Shown here in pieces: positions 40,326 through 49,495 of a DNA stretch of 64,000 bases. The stretch's first letter is position 1; each line of letters begins with the position of its first letter. The notes below the pieces were generated by a model. The model was not told the origin of the DNA. It made no database searches and saw nothing but the letters and a program-made list of their open reading frames with translations. The translations under genes and the position numbers were made by a program. This stretch comes from Thermofilaceae archaeon (GTDB taxonomy: Archaea > Thermoproteota > Thermoprotei > Thermofilales > Thermofilaceae). The stretch covers positions 160,001-224,000 of the forward strand of contig JAWCCZ010000004.1 in assembly GCA_038861545.1 (NCBI GenBank). The letters are read 5' to 3'.

Positions 40326-41297
40326 GTGTCCGAAGTTTTGTTAGAAACTAAAAAGGAAGTCTCGCTAGAGAAGCTTGAATCGCTTACACGGAAAGCTAAT
40401 GAGTTGAGGGCTAACCTCAACGCATTGTTGAGAGCTATAGAATCTAAGTATTCATCAGATCCCCGCTTCGGCAGCCTTGTCAAGAACCTATTGAAAGCTA
40501 TACGTCCCCCTGAACCCATAGACAATAGCTTAATTGTAGCCTCTAATAGTCTTGAAAAGTACGTCACAGAACTTGAACGAGGAGTGAAAACTCTAACGGA
40601 GTACGCAGTAACCTTGGATAAAATTTACAGCGAGCTAGGGAGATTGGAAAACGAGGTAAAGGAACTAGGGAAGTGGGAGGAACTGCTGAAAGAACTTGCG
40701 CCACATCTGTCAGCAGAAGCCACGAGGTTACTTTCCAGTGCTCATAAACTTATACAACAACCACCTTTCGACGACGTTAAAAGATTCTCAGACGAGATTT
40801 TAATACTCTCTAAGGAGATTAGGAGCCATAATAGAGTCTGTAAATCGGTTTATCTCAATCGTGTAAACGAACTTTTAAGTTCGGCTTCGCAACTGTATAA
40901 AGCTGTTAAAAGGATAGTTAAAGCTCAGCCATTTTCAGAGAGAAGTGAGATCAGATCCTACGAAGAAAGCCTCAGGAAGCTGGTTGAAAAACTCGAATCA
41001 GTTAACCGGAGACCGTTAGAGGAGAAATTAGATCTAACCTTGGTTAAAAGAGAAATCGAAAAAATCGAGAAAGAGATCTCAAATATCGCTGAGGGCTTGC
41101 TTAGCGGCGAGGAAAATTCTCTTATCAAAGAACTGGAAAAACTCACTAGATCGCTAGATAACAGACTTGTCAGTTACTCTACGCTACTCGAAGCCCTTTC
41201 AAGGAGGACCGACATGTCGGTGGATAAAATAGCGTATATGTTATATGTGCTGGAAAAACGTGGGCTGATCACACTTCAAATCCGGTTAAGCTCCTAG
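40326..41297 (+). CDS. All-helical/coiled-coil protein with a C-terminal winged-helix-like segment
   Basis: E/K/L-rich heptads; C-terminal YSTLLEAL...IAYMLYVLEKRGLITLQI. Confidence 0.6.
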   Translation: MSEVLLETKKEVSLEKLESLTRKANELRANLNALLRAIESKYSSDPRFGSLVKNLLKAIRPPEPIDNSLIVASNSLEKYVTELERGVKTLTEYAVTLDKIYSELGRLENEVKELGKWEELLKELAPHLSAEATRLLSSAHKLIQQPPFDDVKRFSDEILILSKEIRSHNRVCKSVYLNRVNELLSSASQLYKAVKRIVKAQPFSERSEIRSYEESLRKLVEKLESVNRRPLEEKLDLTLVKREIEKIEKEISNIAEGLLSGEENSLIKELEKLTRSLDNRLVSYSTLLEALSRRTDMSVDKIAYMLYVLEKRGLITLQIRLSS

Positions 41298-43729
41298 ACT
41301 TTCAAGGTGAAGGTGACTTCAGGGTATTCTGGAACCTCTTCTTCACCTTTACCATAATATCTCACTTCAACTTCCCGTACTCTCAGTGTACCGGCTATAT
41401 CCGTAATACAGGCTTTCAGGTAATCAGCTAGATCTAATGGCGCATACAGGATTACTTGAGAAATCTGCGTGTTGAGAGGAACACCCAGTTTGCTTTTAAC
41501 CCGCCTGATCGCCGCAATAGTTTTAATAACCATTTCACCTTTTTGGATGATAACTTCATCATATGGCTCAGGCTTAGGCCACGGTGAAACAGTTATGCTC
41601 TCCCACCCTATATGCTTCGCATATATATTTTTGTAAAGCTCTTCGGCTATATGAGGCGTAAAAATAGAGAGCATTTGTAAAACTTTAAGTAGAACGTCGT
41701 ACATTGTCTTCAGGGCTGCCTCCTTGCCTGGCCCACCCGCTACCCTGTATTTAACAGCTTCAAGATAATGATCGCAAAATACATGCCAAGTGAACTCGAC
41801 TAACTCGCTGGCTGCGCTTATATAGTCGTACCCTTCAAGCCTCTCCGTCACAGTTCTTATCAATATTTGTAACTTCCCATGTATCCATTTATCTAAAAGC
41901 TTAGAGTCGACATCAGCAGTTGAAAAACTTGAGTCAAGGTCTTCCAAGCACATCTCAACGAACCTTGCTGCATTCCAGAGTTTGGTAAGGAACCTTTTAG
42001 CAAATTCAACTCCTTCCCAAGTGAACCTGATATCCGATCCTGTGGTGGCAGCTAAAGCAACCCATAGTCTAAAAGCATCAGCTCCATACTTATCGATCAC
42101 TTCAGCTAGGCTGACGTAATTCCCATAGCTTTTATGCATCATCCTACCATCCGTACCCCTCACCATTCCATTGATCAACGCGATTTTGAACTGAGGTTCT
42201 TCAAAAAGTGCAATCCCTCGAACTAAAAGGTAGTAATCCCAAGTCCTTATAATGTCATAACCGTTCGGTTGTAAATCCGCAGGGAACAATCGCCTATCCA
42301 TCGCATCCGGCCATCCGGCTTGTATGGCTACCGTTATACTAGAATCCATCCATGTATCCATAACGTCGCTTTCTCCGATAAAGTCCTGTGAACCACACAG
42401 CGGGCATTTTTCAATTCCGGGGGCATCCCTCCTAGGATCAACGGGCAACCAATCAGGCTTGGCCACTATAACTTCTCTGCAATTCTTGCAGTACCACACA
42501 GGGATCGGGGTGGCAAACGCCCTCTGCCTTGAGATAACCCAATCCCAGTCAAGAGAATTAACCCAGTCTTCCAGTCTCTTATAGGCATGAGACGGGATCC
42601 ATGTAATCAGTTTAGCTTTTTCTAGGATAGCAGATGCTAGATCCCTTGTTTTGACAAACCATTGGATTTTAGGTATGATCTCGATTGGCGTGTGACATCT
42701 CCAGCATGTGCCTATACTGCTTTTCACGTCTTCCGATTTAACATATAGACTATGCTGCTTTAGGAGCTCGAGTATTTTGCTTCTAGCCTCCTTCACGCTC
42801 AATCCCTTTAACGGGCCAGCCTCCGCGGTCATCTCACCCCTCTCGTTAACAACTACCCTGATAGGTAACGAATGCTTTTTCTGCCACTTTACATCCTCTT
42901 TATCCCCGTAGGTGCATATCATAACAACTCCCGTCCCAAATTCGGGATCTACTTCCTCCTCTGCTATAATTGGTACCTCTCTACCATAAATTGGCGTCAG
43001 AGCCGTACGTCCGATCAGTGTTCTATAGCGCTCGTCTTCTGGGTGTACAGCCAGAGCTACGCAAGCCGCAACAAGCTCGGGACGTGTCGATGCAACAACT
43101 ACCTCGCCACCCTCATTTAACAGGAACTTGAAGTAGTGGAGTTCCCTACTGGTCTCCACATACTCGACCTCAGCCTCAGCTATAGCTGTTTCGCAGCGAG
43201 GACACCATGTAACCGGGTGCTCTTCTCTGTATATTAGACCCTTCCTATACATTAGGATGAAACTAAGCTGTGTTCTTCTCCAATAATCTGGGTTCATCGT
43301 CATGTACTCAGTGGTCCAGTCTATACTGCAGCCCATAGCCTTGAGCGAGGCGCGCATAGATTCTATCCATTTTAACGTGTATTCCCGACATAGCTTAAGA
43401 AATTCGTTGATAGGTATTTCTCTCTTGGTTTTACCTACGGTTCTTTCGACACGAACCTCTGTGGGGAGGCCATGGCAGTCCCAGCCCATTGGAAAGAAAA
43501 CGTTGTAACCCCTCATGCGCTTAAATCTTGCAGCGAAATCAATGTATGCGAAATTCAGCGCGTTACCGACATGGAGCTCTCCACTGGGATACGGGGGAGG
43601 AGTATCTATACTGTAAACTGGCTTGCTGCGATCATTACGATCAAACGCGTATATGCGCCGCTCTTCCCAGAATTTCTGCCATCTAGCCTCAACTTCTTTG
43701 AAATCATACCTTTTTGGTAAATGCTCCAT
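41294..43729 (-). CDS. valS: Valine-tRNA ligase
   Basis: DTPPPYPSGELHVGN, DW.ISRQR, MHKS (KMSKS variant); ATG 43729. Confidence 0.95.
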   Translation of the reverse strand: MEHLPKRYDFKEVEARWQKFWEERRIYAFDRNDRSKPVYSIDTPPPYPSGELHVGNALNFAYIDFAARFKRMRGYNVFFPMGWDCHGLPTEVRVERTVGKTKREIPINEFLKLCREYTLKWIESMRASLKAMGCSIDWTTEYMTMNPDYWRRTQLSFILMYRKGLIYREEHPVTWCPRCETAIAEAEVEYVETSRELHYFKFLLNEGGEVVVASTRPELVAACVALAVHPEDERYRTLIGRTALTPIYGREVPIIAEEEVDPEFGTGVVMICTYGDKEDVKWQKKHSLPIRVVVNERGEMTAEAGPLKGLSVKEARSKILELLKQHSLYVKSEDVKSSIGTCWRCHTPIEIIPKIQWFVKTRDLASAILEKAKLITWIPSHAYKRLEDWVNSLDWDWVISRQRAFATPIPVWYCKNCREVIVAKPDWLPVDPRRDAPGIEKCPLCGSQDFIGESDVMDTWMDSSITVAIQAGWPDAMDRRLFPADLQPNGYDIIRTWDYYLLVRGIALFEEPQFKIALINGMVRGTDGRMMHKSYGNYVSLAEVIDKYGADAFRLWVALAATTGSDIRFTWEGVEFAKRFLTKLWNAARFVEMCLEDLDSSFSTADVDSKLLDKWIHGKLQILIRTVTERLEGYDYISAASELVEFTWHVFCDHYLEAVKYRVAGGPGKEAALKTMYDVLLKVLQMLSIFTPHIAEELYKNIYAKHIGWESITVSPWPKPEPYDEVIIQKGEMVIKTIAAIRRVKSKLGVPLNTQISQVILYAPLDLADYLKACITDIAGTLRVREVEVRYYGKGEEEVPEYPEVTFTLKV

Positions 43730-43856
43730 GGTTAACCCTAATTGCAGGCTTAGTAAAAATTTGCCCTTACGTTGGGAGGTCATACTCCCCGATGCATTTT
43801 CACCCCTGTACTATGGGAACAGTTTCCCTTTTATCTTTTACCGCATGCGCTAGCCC

Positions 43857-44693
43857 ATGAGATACGTTATCGACCATGCAACTGTGAAGAAACTAGCTTT
43901 GTACTTCAAAGATCCAGGTACTCAACAGTTGATTGACGTAGCTGAGGAAGTCGATCCGCAAGCCCAAATGGTGGAAAGTATACTGGAGAAATACGGTGCT
44001 TTTGAGAAAGCCGCGCTCTATATAACAGGTATTGCTGCGATTAGCTACATGCTGTCGGTTAAAGGCGAAGAACATTGGATGATCGCTGCTCAACAAGCTT
44101 CCTCGGATCCCGCGGTGGATCTTCTAAAATTTGCTAGTTTTTCGCCCAGCGTTAACTTTAACAGAGGAGCTAGACTCAAGCGTATAGAAAGACTTCTCGG
44201 GTACGAACATTTCTTCTACAGCAGGATCAGTCAGTATCTTGCAGATCTGAATATGCTGAGAAGCGACCTAGCTAGTATTTTAAAGGCAGATAAAGACGCT
44301 AAAACTGTAGTCTTTGCTGTAAAAATGTTCTACTATTCTGCGAGAAAAGCGGGGATCAATGTTAAAGTTCCCCTTGAAATACCCCTACCAGTGGACAGGA
44401 GAATCTGTTTAATTAGCCTTCTAAGCGGTATAATTAAGGGAGGCGCACCAACTTTACGGGACGCTAGAACGCTACTAATGAATGCCTCTGGCTTGGTGAG
44501 ACAGGCATGGGATACTGTGGGAAGAGAGAGTGGGATACCACCGTTAAGGATAGATGCCCTGCTCTGGTTGTTGGGAGGATGTTATGAGAAAAAGAGAGGG
44601 GCCGAGCAAGCCTTAGAAATAGCATCTAGCATGCTATCACCTAAATCCCCACGGGCCTTTCTAGCACTTCGACTGTTATTAGGACTTAAATGA
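43857..44693 (+). CDS. AGOG 8-oxoguanine N-glycosylase/AP lyase
   Basis: DPQ, SYML..KGEEHW, KTVVFAVKM, IPLPVD.R, IPPL.ID. Confidence 0.85.
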   Translation: MRYVIDHATVKKLALYFKDPGTQQLIDVAEEVDPQAQMVESILEKYGAFEKAALYITGIAAISYMLSVKGEEHWMIAAQQASSDPAVDLLKFASFSPSVNFNRGARLKRIERLLGYEHFFYSRISQYLADLNMLRSDLASILKADKDAKTVVFAVKMFYYSARKAGINVKVPLEIPLPVDRRICLISLLSGIIKGGAPTLRDARTLLMNASGLVRQAWDTVGRESGIPPLRIDALLWLLGGCYEKKRGAEQALEIASSMLSPKSPRAFLALRLLLGLK

Positions 44694-44777
44694 TGCCGTA
44701 AGCGCGCCCAACCAGTCGACTGCTCTCAAAACATGCAAGACTTATTTCTCTGAAAAAGACATTCAACTGGTGATCTA

Positions 44778-45140
44778 GTGATCATAGCGCTTAAAATTAA
44801 CGATTTGAAACTCCGTGTTTACTTAACACCATATTTCTCCCCTAAGACTTTCTCCAAGGTGGTGAACCAATTGCCCCTAAACCTACATGCACACGTTTAC
44901 GGGGATACATTAATAGCAGGTACGGGAATAGAGACCGCAGTTGAATCTCATAGGATTTTACTTTACGAAAGAGAACTCGCTTACTGGCCACCGGCAGCTG
45001 CGCTAGTTATCGCTTTAAGAGGTTCTACTAGCTTCGGTAGCCCTGTAAACCCTCTGGGATACATCATCAATGCAGCCGAAGAATTACGATATTTAAAAGA
45101 TGGGGAGTCGCTTAGGATCATTCTAGATTTTGACAGTTAA
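44778..45140 (+). CDS. Cyclophilin-like (DUF369) protein
   Basis: PKT...LPL, ELAYWPP, SPVNPLG. Confidence 0.75.
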   Translation: MIIALKINDLKLRVYLTPYFSPKTFSKVVNQLPLNLHAHVYGDTLIAGTGIETAVESHRILLYERELAYWPPAAALVIALRGSTSFGSPVNPLGYIINAAEELRYLKDGESLRIILDFDS

Positions 45141-45180
45141 TTTCAGCAATGCTTTTTGGAGTTTAAAGAGAGGGGTTCTT

Positions 45181-45753
45181 GTGAGGAGAGTTATATATTT
45201 TGTTACAACGAATGAGGGTAAACTACGCGAAGCCCGTATAGTACTTGGAAACTATGGATTTTATGTAGAAGCAGTAAATACTAGGAAGCTCGAGCTTCAG
45301 TCGGAGAGCTTAGAAGAAGTAGTGAGTTTCGCGGCAGCGCAGCTGATTGGTAAAGTAGTTGACCCGTTTATAGTTGAAGATTCAGGGTTGTTTATCCAAA
45401 GCCTTAATGGTTTTCCTGGTCCTTACTCCTCTTATGTGTATAAAACACTAGGAGTTAAGGGGGTGCTCAAGTTACTTGAGGACATAGAAGACAGGAAAGC
45501 CAAGTTTGTGAGCGTAACTGCTTTATGCTTCCAAGGAGAAATACGTACTTTTAGAGGCGAAGTTGAAGGAACTATATCTTTCGAGGCTAGGGGTTCTACG
45601 GGATTCGGTTTCGATCCGATATTTATACCGGCTGGCTACGATTTAACCTTCGCCGAAATGACCCTAAAGTTAAAATGTGAAATCTCGCACAGGGCGAAAT
45701 CGTTATCAGTGTTAGCTAATTATTTACTAGAAATAACCGGTTCTTCTAAGTAA
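45181..45753 (+). CDS. rdgB: Non-canonical purine NTP pyrophosphatase (Ham1)
   Basis: TTNEGKLRE, EDSGL, GFPGPYS, GFGFDPIF, SHR. Confidence 0.93.
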   Translation: MRRVIYFVTTNEGKLREARIVLGNYGFYVEAVNTRKLELQSESLEEVVSFAAAQLIGKVVDPFIVEDSGLFIQSLNGFPGPYSSYVYKTLGVKGVLKLLEDIEDRKAKFVSVTALCFQGEIRTFRGEVEGTISFEARGSTGFGFDPIFIPAGYDLTFAEMTLKLKCEISHRAKSLSVLANYLLEITGSSK

Positions 45754-45870
45754 CTTTAAAATTGGATCATTCAGTCTAAAATTACTGAATAATCTTAGGG
45801 GATATTAATTTCCAATTTTTAGAAGTATAAATATCGAGAAAAGTAATATAACCCTCAAGAAAACTGGATG

Positions 45871-45960
45871 CAGGGGCGAAACCGCCGGTGAGCGTGGGGC
45901 AGTGCCACCCGCACAGAGGGCGTAAAGCGCTCCACTGGCTTAAGCCGGCGGCGCTTAACC
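45871..45960. ncRNA. Unidentified GC-rich structured RNA candidate
   Basis: 62/90 G+C between AT-rich flanks; helices GCCGGTG/CACTGGC, GGGCG/CGCTC and TTAAGC/GCTTAA; TATA-like elements on both sides. Confidence 0.55.
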
Positions 45961-46015
45961 CTATTTATAAGTTTCGGGGAGTAGAATATTTTAAGTTCAT
46001 AGATCGGCACGCCTA

Positions 46016-46978
46016 TTGAAAGACATGGTCAGGAGTTCTATTTACCGAGCGCTTTCGATTTGTAAGGCTTTAGTTACAAGGAAGCCTTTAGCCCTCTGCG
46101 ACATCGGCGATTTGGATGGCTTAACTTGCGCTGTACTTTTCAAAATGAAATACAGGGAAGGCGTGCTGGTCTTAGCGTCACCCTCCGATGTGAAAAATAG
46201 TAGGATATTGCGTGCTGTGGAATGGACATTCGTGGCCGACTTGCCATGCCCTGGAAAAGCTGTGCTACGAGCTGATCATCATGCCACCAACACACCATGT
46301 GCTAGGCAAGAGTTTTACGATCCCAGAGCGCCGGCGGCGGCGGTTTTAGCCCTTAAGGCCCTCGGTTTGGAGGACTTTAAACAAGCGGAAAGACTAGTTA
46401 AGTTAGCTGTCGAAACTGACACGGCAAAAATTGAATCCAATGAAGCCCTTGCGTTAAACGATGCTGTAAAGGGTGCAGGCTATCGAGGTAAGCTCAGGCT
46501 GGCTGAAATGCTTTCAACTATGGAACTGGAAAAAGTGTTATCTAATGGAGAAGTTAAAAAATGGATAGAAAGGTATAGTAAGGTAAGGCTTGCAACCGAG
46601 AAACTGGCTTCAGAGTTACCAGATGTAGAACATTTCGTCGCAGTTTTCGAAAAAAATATGCAAATCTCTTACAGGTATCTCTCAATACTTATAGAAAGAA
46701 AAGGTGCAAAGTTTACTGCGATTATAGTGCCTAGAAGCTTCTCTATGATCAGAGTATACCTTGGGTCTTCAGATCAAGCTTACGATGTATCGATGTTGGC
46801 GGGAAAGCTGGGAGGGGGAGGGCACCCATTTGCAGCCGGTGCTTCTATTAGAGGATACCCAGTTTCTAAAATTATTAGAAAAGTGCTGAAGGAGATAGCT
46901 GCATTCACGGGGCAAAAGGAGCTTAACGTATATATGATCGGGGGGCAGGGATTTAGACTAACTCTATTTACTCCTTAA
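46016..46978 (+). CDS. DHH/DHHA1 phosphoesterase
   Basis: DLDG, ADL, DHH, GGGGHPFAAG. Confidence 0.85.
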   Translation: MKDMVRSSIYRALSICKALVTRKPLALCDIGDLDGLTCAVLFKMKYREGVLVLASPSDVKNSRILRAVEWTFVADLPCPGKAVLRADHHATNTPCARQEFYDPRAPAAAVLALKALGLEDFKQAERLVKLAVETDTAKIESNEALALNDAVKGAGYRGKLRLAEMLSTMELEKVLSNGEVKKWIERYSKVRLATEKLASELPDVEHFVAVFEKNMQISYRYLSILIERKGAKFTAIIVPRSFSMIRVYLGSSDQAYDVSMLAGKLGGGGHPFAAGASIRGYPVSKIIRKVLKEIAAFTGQKELNVYMIGGQGFRLTLFTP

Positions 46979-46983
46979 TTGCT

Positions 46984-48657
46984 TCACTGGAAAAGTGCCG
47001 CTTGAATCTCGCTACCTAATTCTATGTAAATTTTGTCAAGCCAATAACGTGCCGATCGTAAAACTTCGTCGAGGTAAGCTGTTCGAGCCCTTGAATCTAT
47101 CCTTGCTAGAAAGCCCATTAATGGTGCCATGTTAAGCGCAGGTAGCTCATGACCCTCATATGCTAACCACCTCCTTTCAACTGTTGCTAAAGCTTCTACT
47201 GTAGCACTTCCCTCTAACACTCGTTTGACCGCTTCCAGATCCTCGATAAGCAGCAACTGAGGTACAAGCACACTGGTTAGGAGCTTAGGTTTGGATACAT
47301 GGCCGGAGACCACTTTTATTAGTCTCCTCCGAAGCTTTCTGTATAATTCTTCATTAGGTTCCAGCATGTTCAGTGCTTCGAATAACTGTTGTGGAGGTTC
47401 AGAGAACGCAGAAGCACGCTTCAATAATTCTAGGAGTTCAATGCGTAGCGATTCGTATTTAAAGAATCCCAGCTTTTCATTTGCAACCGACTTTACAATT
47501 TTTGATGCGTATTCCTTGGCCAATTTAACGGCATCCCACTCGATGTGGTCAATCGTATCTTTATCCGAGTGGTAATAATCAATATAATTCCACATGGAAT
47601 GAATGGTAAGTGCTGGAACACCAATCCTACTAAAGGAGAAACTGTCGAAATAGGCTGAATCGAGTTCATATACCTTACCAGGACCCAATAGCTCTTTCAC
47701 CGCGTCGCGATATTCAGGACCACTCGCGCTAATGATTAAAGGTTTACGCACAGGCAAATCCAAATTGACGACTGCTACAATGTCGTTAAGTTCGCCTTGC
47801 TTCTCTGCAAATTCCACATATTTGCGGGATCCCCAAGACCAATACCATGCACTGTAGCCTGGCGCACCATATTCTTCAGCGCCAAAAGCCATGAATCCTA
47901 TGTCACGCTGGTAGGCCATTTCGTCTGCCAGCAGTAGAAGCAGTGCAACGCCAACCGCATCATCAGCAGCACCGCTAAGCCAGTGATCATAGTGAGCAGT
48001 AAGAAGCACACTCGGTTCACCGTTTACTACTATCACATTACTTGATTCAGCATCCTTTACATATTCAGTCTTTACGCTTAATTGAGCATAATGGACACGA
48101 TCGTCGAGAAACGATAAAGCTGACTCGCGCTTGATGGTCACTGCTGGTATGGGGGCAGGCACGTTAGGGCCCTCTAAATGGCTCGGCCAATAATTTATCA
48201 CGATTCTACGAAGCACATCTGCAGCGAAATCATAGAATACAACTCCCAGAGCTCCTGCTTCCACCAACATTGTGTACTGGGATGCTATAAAGTCAGGGTC
48301 TTCTGGAATCATTCCAGTAAGTGCTATTTTACCTTGTACTTTTGAAAGGTTTAGGCGGGAACCTACGCCAGCGTGCACAAGCTCTCCTTCGATATAACCG
48401 CTTGGTGAGTTGGGCATCGCAATAGCTTGTACGTGCTTCGCATCGACTAGCAGTTCCACTTCTTTTTCTAACCAGCTAACGCAGGTAAACCTTTGAACTT
48501 CAGCGCTTAAGCCTAGGTTCTCAAATTCCTCGGCTAACCATGTTGATAAAGCTTGTTCCGCACGCGTTCCTGGCGGAGCTTCACCATGTGCTGTTATTTC
48601 CGAGATTTTTTGCTTTAAGAAGCTAAAATTGAACACAGGGCTGTGCTTCAAGTACAC
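46984..48657 (-). CDS. M28-family peptidase with a PA domain
   Basis: AHYD, GAADD..G, AEE.G, NLD, YHS..D. Confidence 0.85.
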   Translation of the reverse strand: MYLKHSPVFNFSFLKQKISEITAHGEAPPGTRAEQALSTWLAEEFENLGLSAEVQRFTCVSWLEKEVELLVDAKHVQAIAMPNSPSGYIEGELVHAGVGSRLNLSKVQGKIALTGMIPEDPDFIASQYTMLVEAGALGVVFYDFAADVLRRIVINYWPSHLEGPNVPAPIPAVTIKRESALSFLDDRVHYAQLSVKTEYVKDAESSNVIVVNGEPSVLLTAHYDHWLSGAADDAVGVALLLLLADEMAYQRDIGFMAFGAEEYGAPGYSAWYWSWGSRKYVEFAEKQGELNDIVAVVNLDLPVRKPLIISASGPEYRDAVKELLGPGKVYELDSAYFDSFSFSRIGVPALTIHSMWNYIDYYHSDKDTIDHIEWDAVKLAKEYASKIVKSVANEKLGFFKYESLRIELLELLKRASAFSEPPQQLFEALNMLEPNEELYRKLRRRLIKVVSGHVSKPKLLTSVLVPQLLLIEDLEAVKRVLEGSATVEALATVERRWLAYEGHELPALNMAPLMGFLARIDSRARTAYLDEVLRSARYWLDKIYIELGSEIQAALFQ

Positions 48658-48691
48658 GTTAAATTTTTCCCTCTAAAACAGCTACCTTCGT

Positions 48692-48895
48692 ATGACGTCT
48701 CCTGAGAAAAAGGATAGAAAAGTCCTGGAAGATGCATTAGATCATATCGATTCTGCGATACATCTACTCCACACTTTTGTTAAGTTTCAACCTTGTAAGT
48801 TAGAGGAGGTTGAAGATATAATCGTCTTACTAGAAGATGCTGGAGACGCGCTTGAGAAACTATCTAGGACTTTATATGAAGAACAGGCCGATTAA
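48692..48895 (+). CDS. Small acidic helical hypothetical protein
   Basis: 67 aa ORF fills the gap; amphipathic helices; no competing ORF. Confidence 0.55.
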   Translation: MTSPEKKDRKVLEDALDHIDSAIHLLHTFVKFQPCKLEEVEDIIVLLEDAGDALEKLSRTLYEEQAD

Positions 48896-48922
48896 AAAAT
48901 AACAGAAAAAGTGTGGCCTAAA

Positions 48923-48985
48923 GCCCCGCTCAGATACCCCAGGACACGCTCACTACTCGGTCGGCATAACTTTCATCACAGGGGC
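48923..48985 (-). ncRNA. Box C/D sRNA
   Basis: Minus strand: GCCCC-T-GTGATGA-AAGTTATGCCGA-CCGA-GTAGTGA-GCGTGTCCTGGGGTAT-CTGA-GC-GGGGC; all four boxes, a 5-bp terminal stem and an upstream TATA. Confidence 0.85.
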
Positions 48986-49046
48986 ATGCTAGTAACTGGA
49001 TATACGCTTTAATTTTTAACCCTTCATTGGCAAGGTTAAGCGCGAG

Positions 49047-49469
49047 ATGCCTCTTAAATGGAGAAGGAGAGGATTTGACGCGGAAAGAAGGCTTGTTAAA
49101 CTACTGTCTAAGCGTGCTTCTGTATATGTATTTAGGATTCCGGTTAGCGGTGGAAGACCGCCGCCTGGCTCACGAGTTGCATTACCGGATGTTTTCATGG
49201 TAGATAACACGAGAGGAGAAATCATAGCGTTTGAGGTTAAGGCTACAAGTAAGACCAAGGTCATAGTAAGTACCGAGCAGATATCGAAACTCTTCAAGTT
49301 TCTCAATGCATTCAAACGATATGAAAAACGTACAGCTGTTATTGCAGTCTGGTTTTCGAGGGAGGGTAAATGGCTCTTTAAACGTATTGAGGACTCCCTT
49401 CAATACTCTGATTTGACACTCACATGTAGCGATGAATCCGACTGGAGTCCTTCGAAGACAAGTTTTTAA
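49047..49469 (+). CDS. hjc: Archaeal Holliday junction resolvase (Hjc/Hje)
   Basis: G..AERRLV, FRIPVSG, PDV, FEVK. Confidence 0.85.
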   Translation: MPLKWRRRGFDAERRLVKLLSKRASVYVFRIPVSGGRPPPGSRVALPDVFMVDNTRGEIIAFEVKATSKTKVIVSTEQISKLFKFLNAFKRYEKRTAVIAVWFSREGKWLFKRIEDSLQYSDLTLTCSDESDWSPSKTSF

Positions 49470-49495
49470 ATTTTAGTAGCAGGAAGAGGAGCCGG

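Noticed and set aside
44690-44777. ATGATGC followed by a GC-rich stretch
   Set aside because: Overlaps the AGOG stop; no D'/C'/D arrangement
45754-45860. AT-rich tract as a replication origin
   Set aside because: No ORB-like repeats and no cdc6/whiP nearby; promoter and terminator DNA explains it
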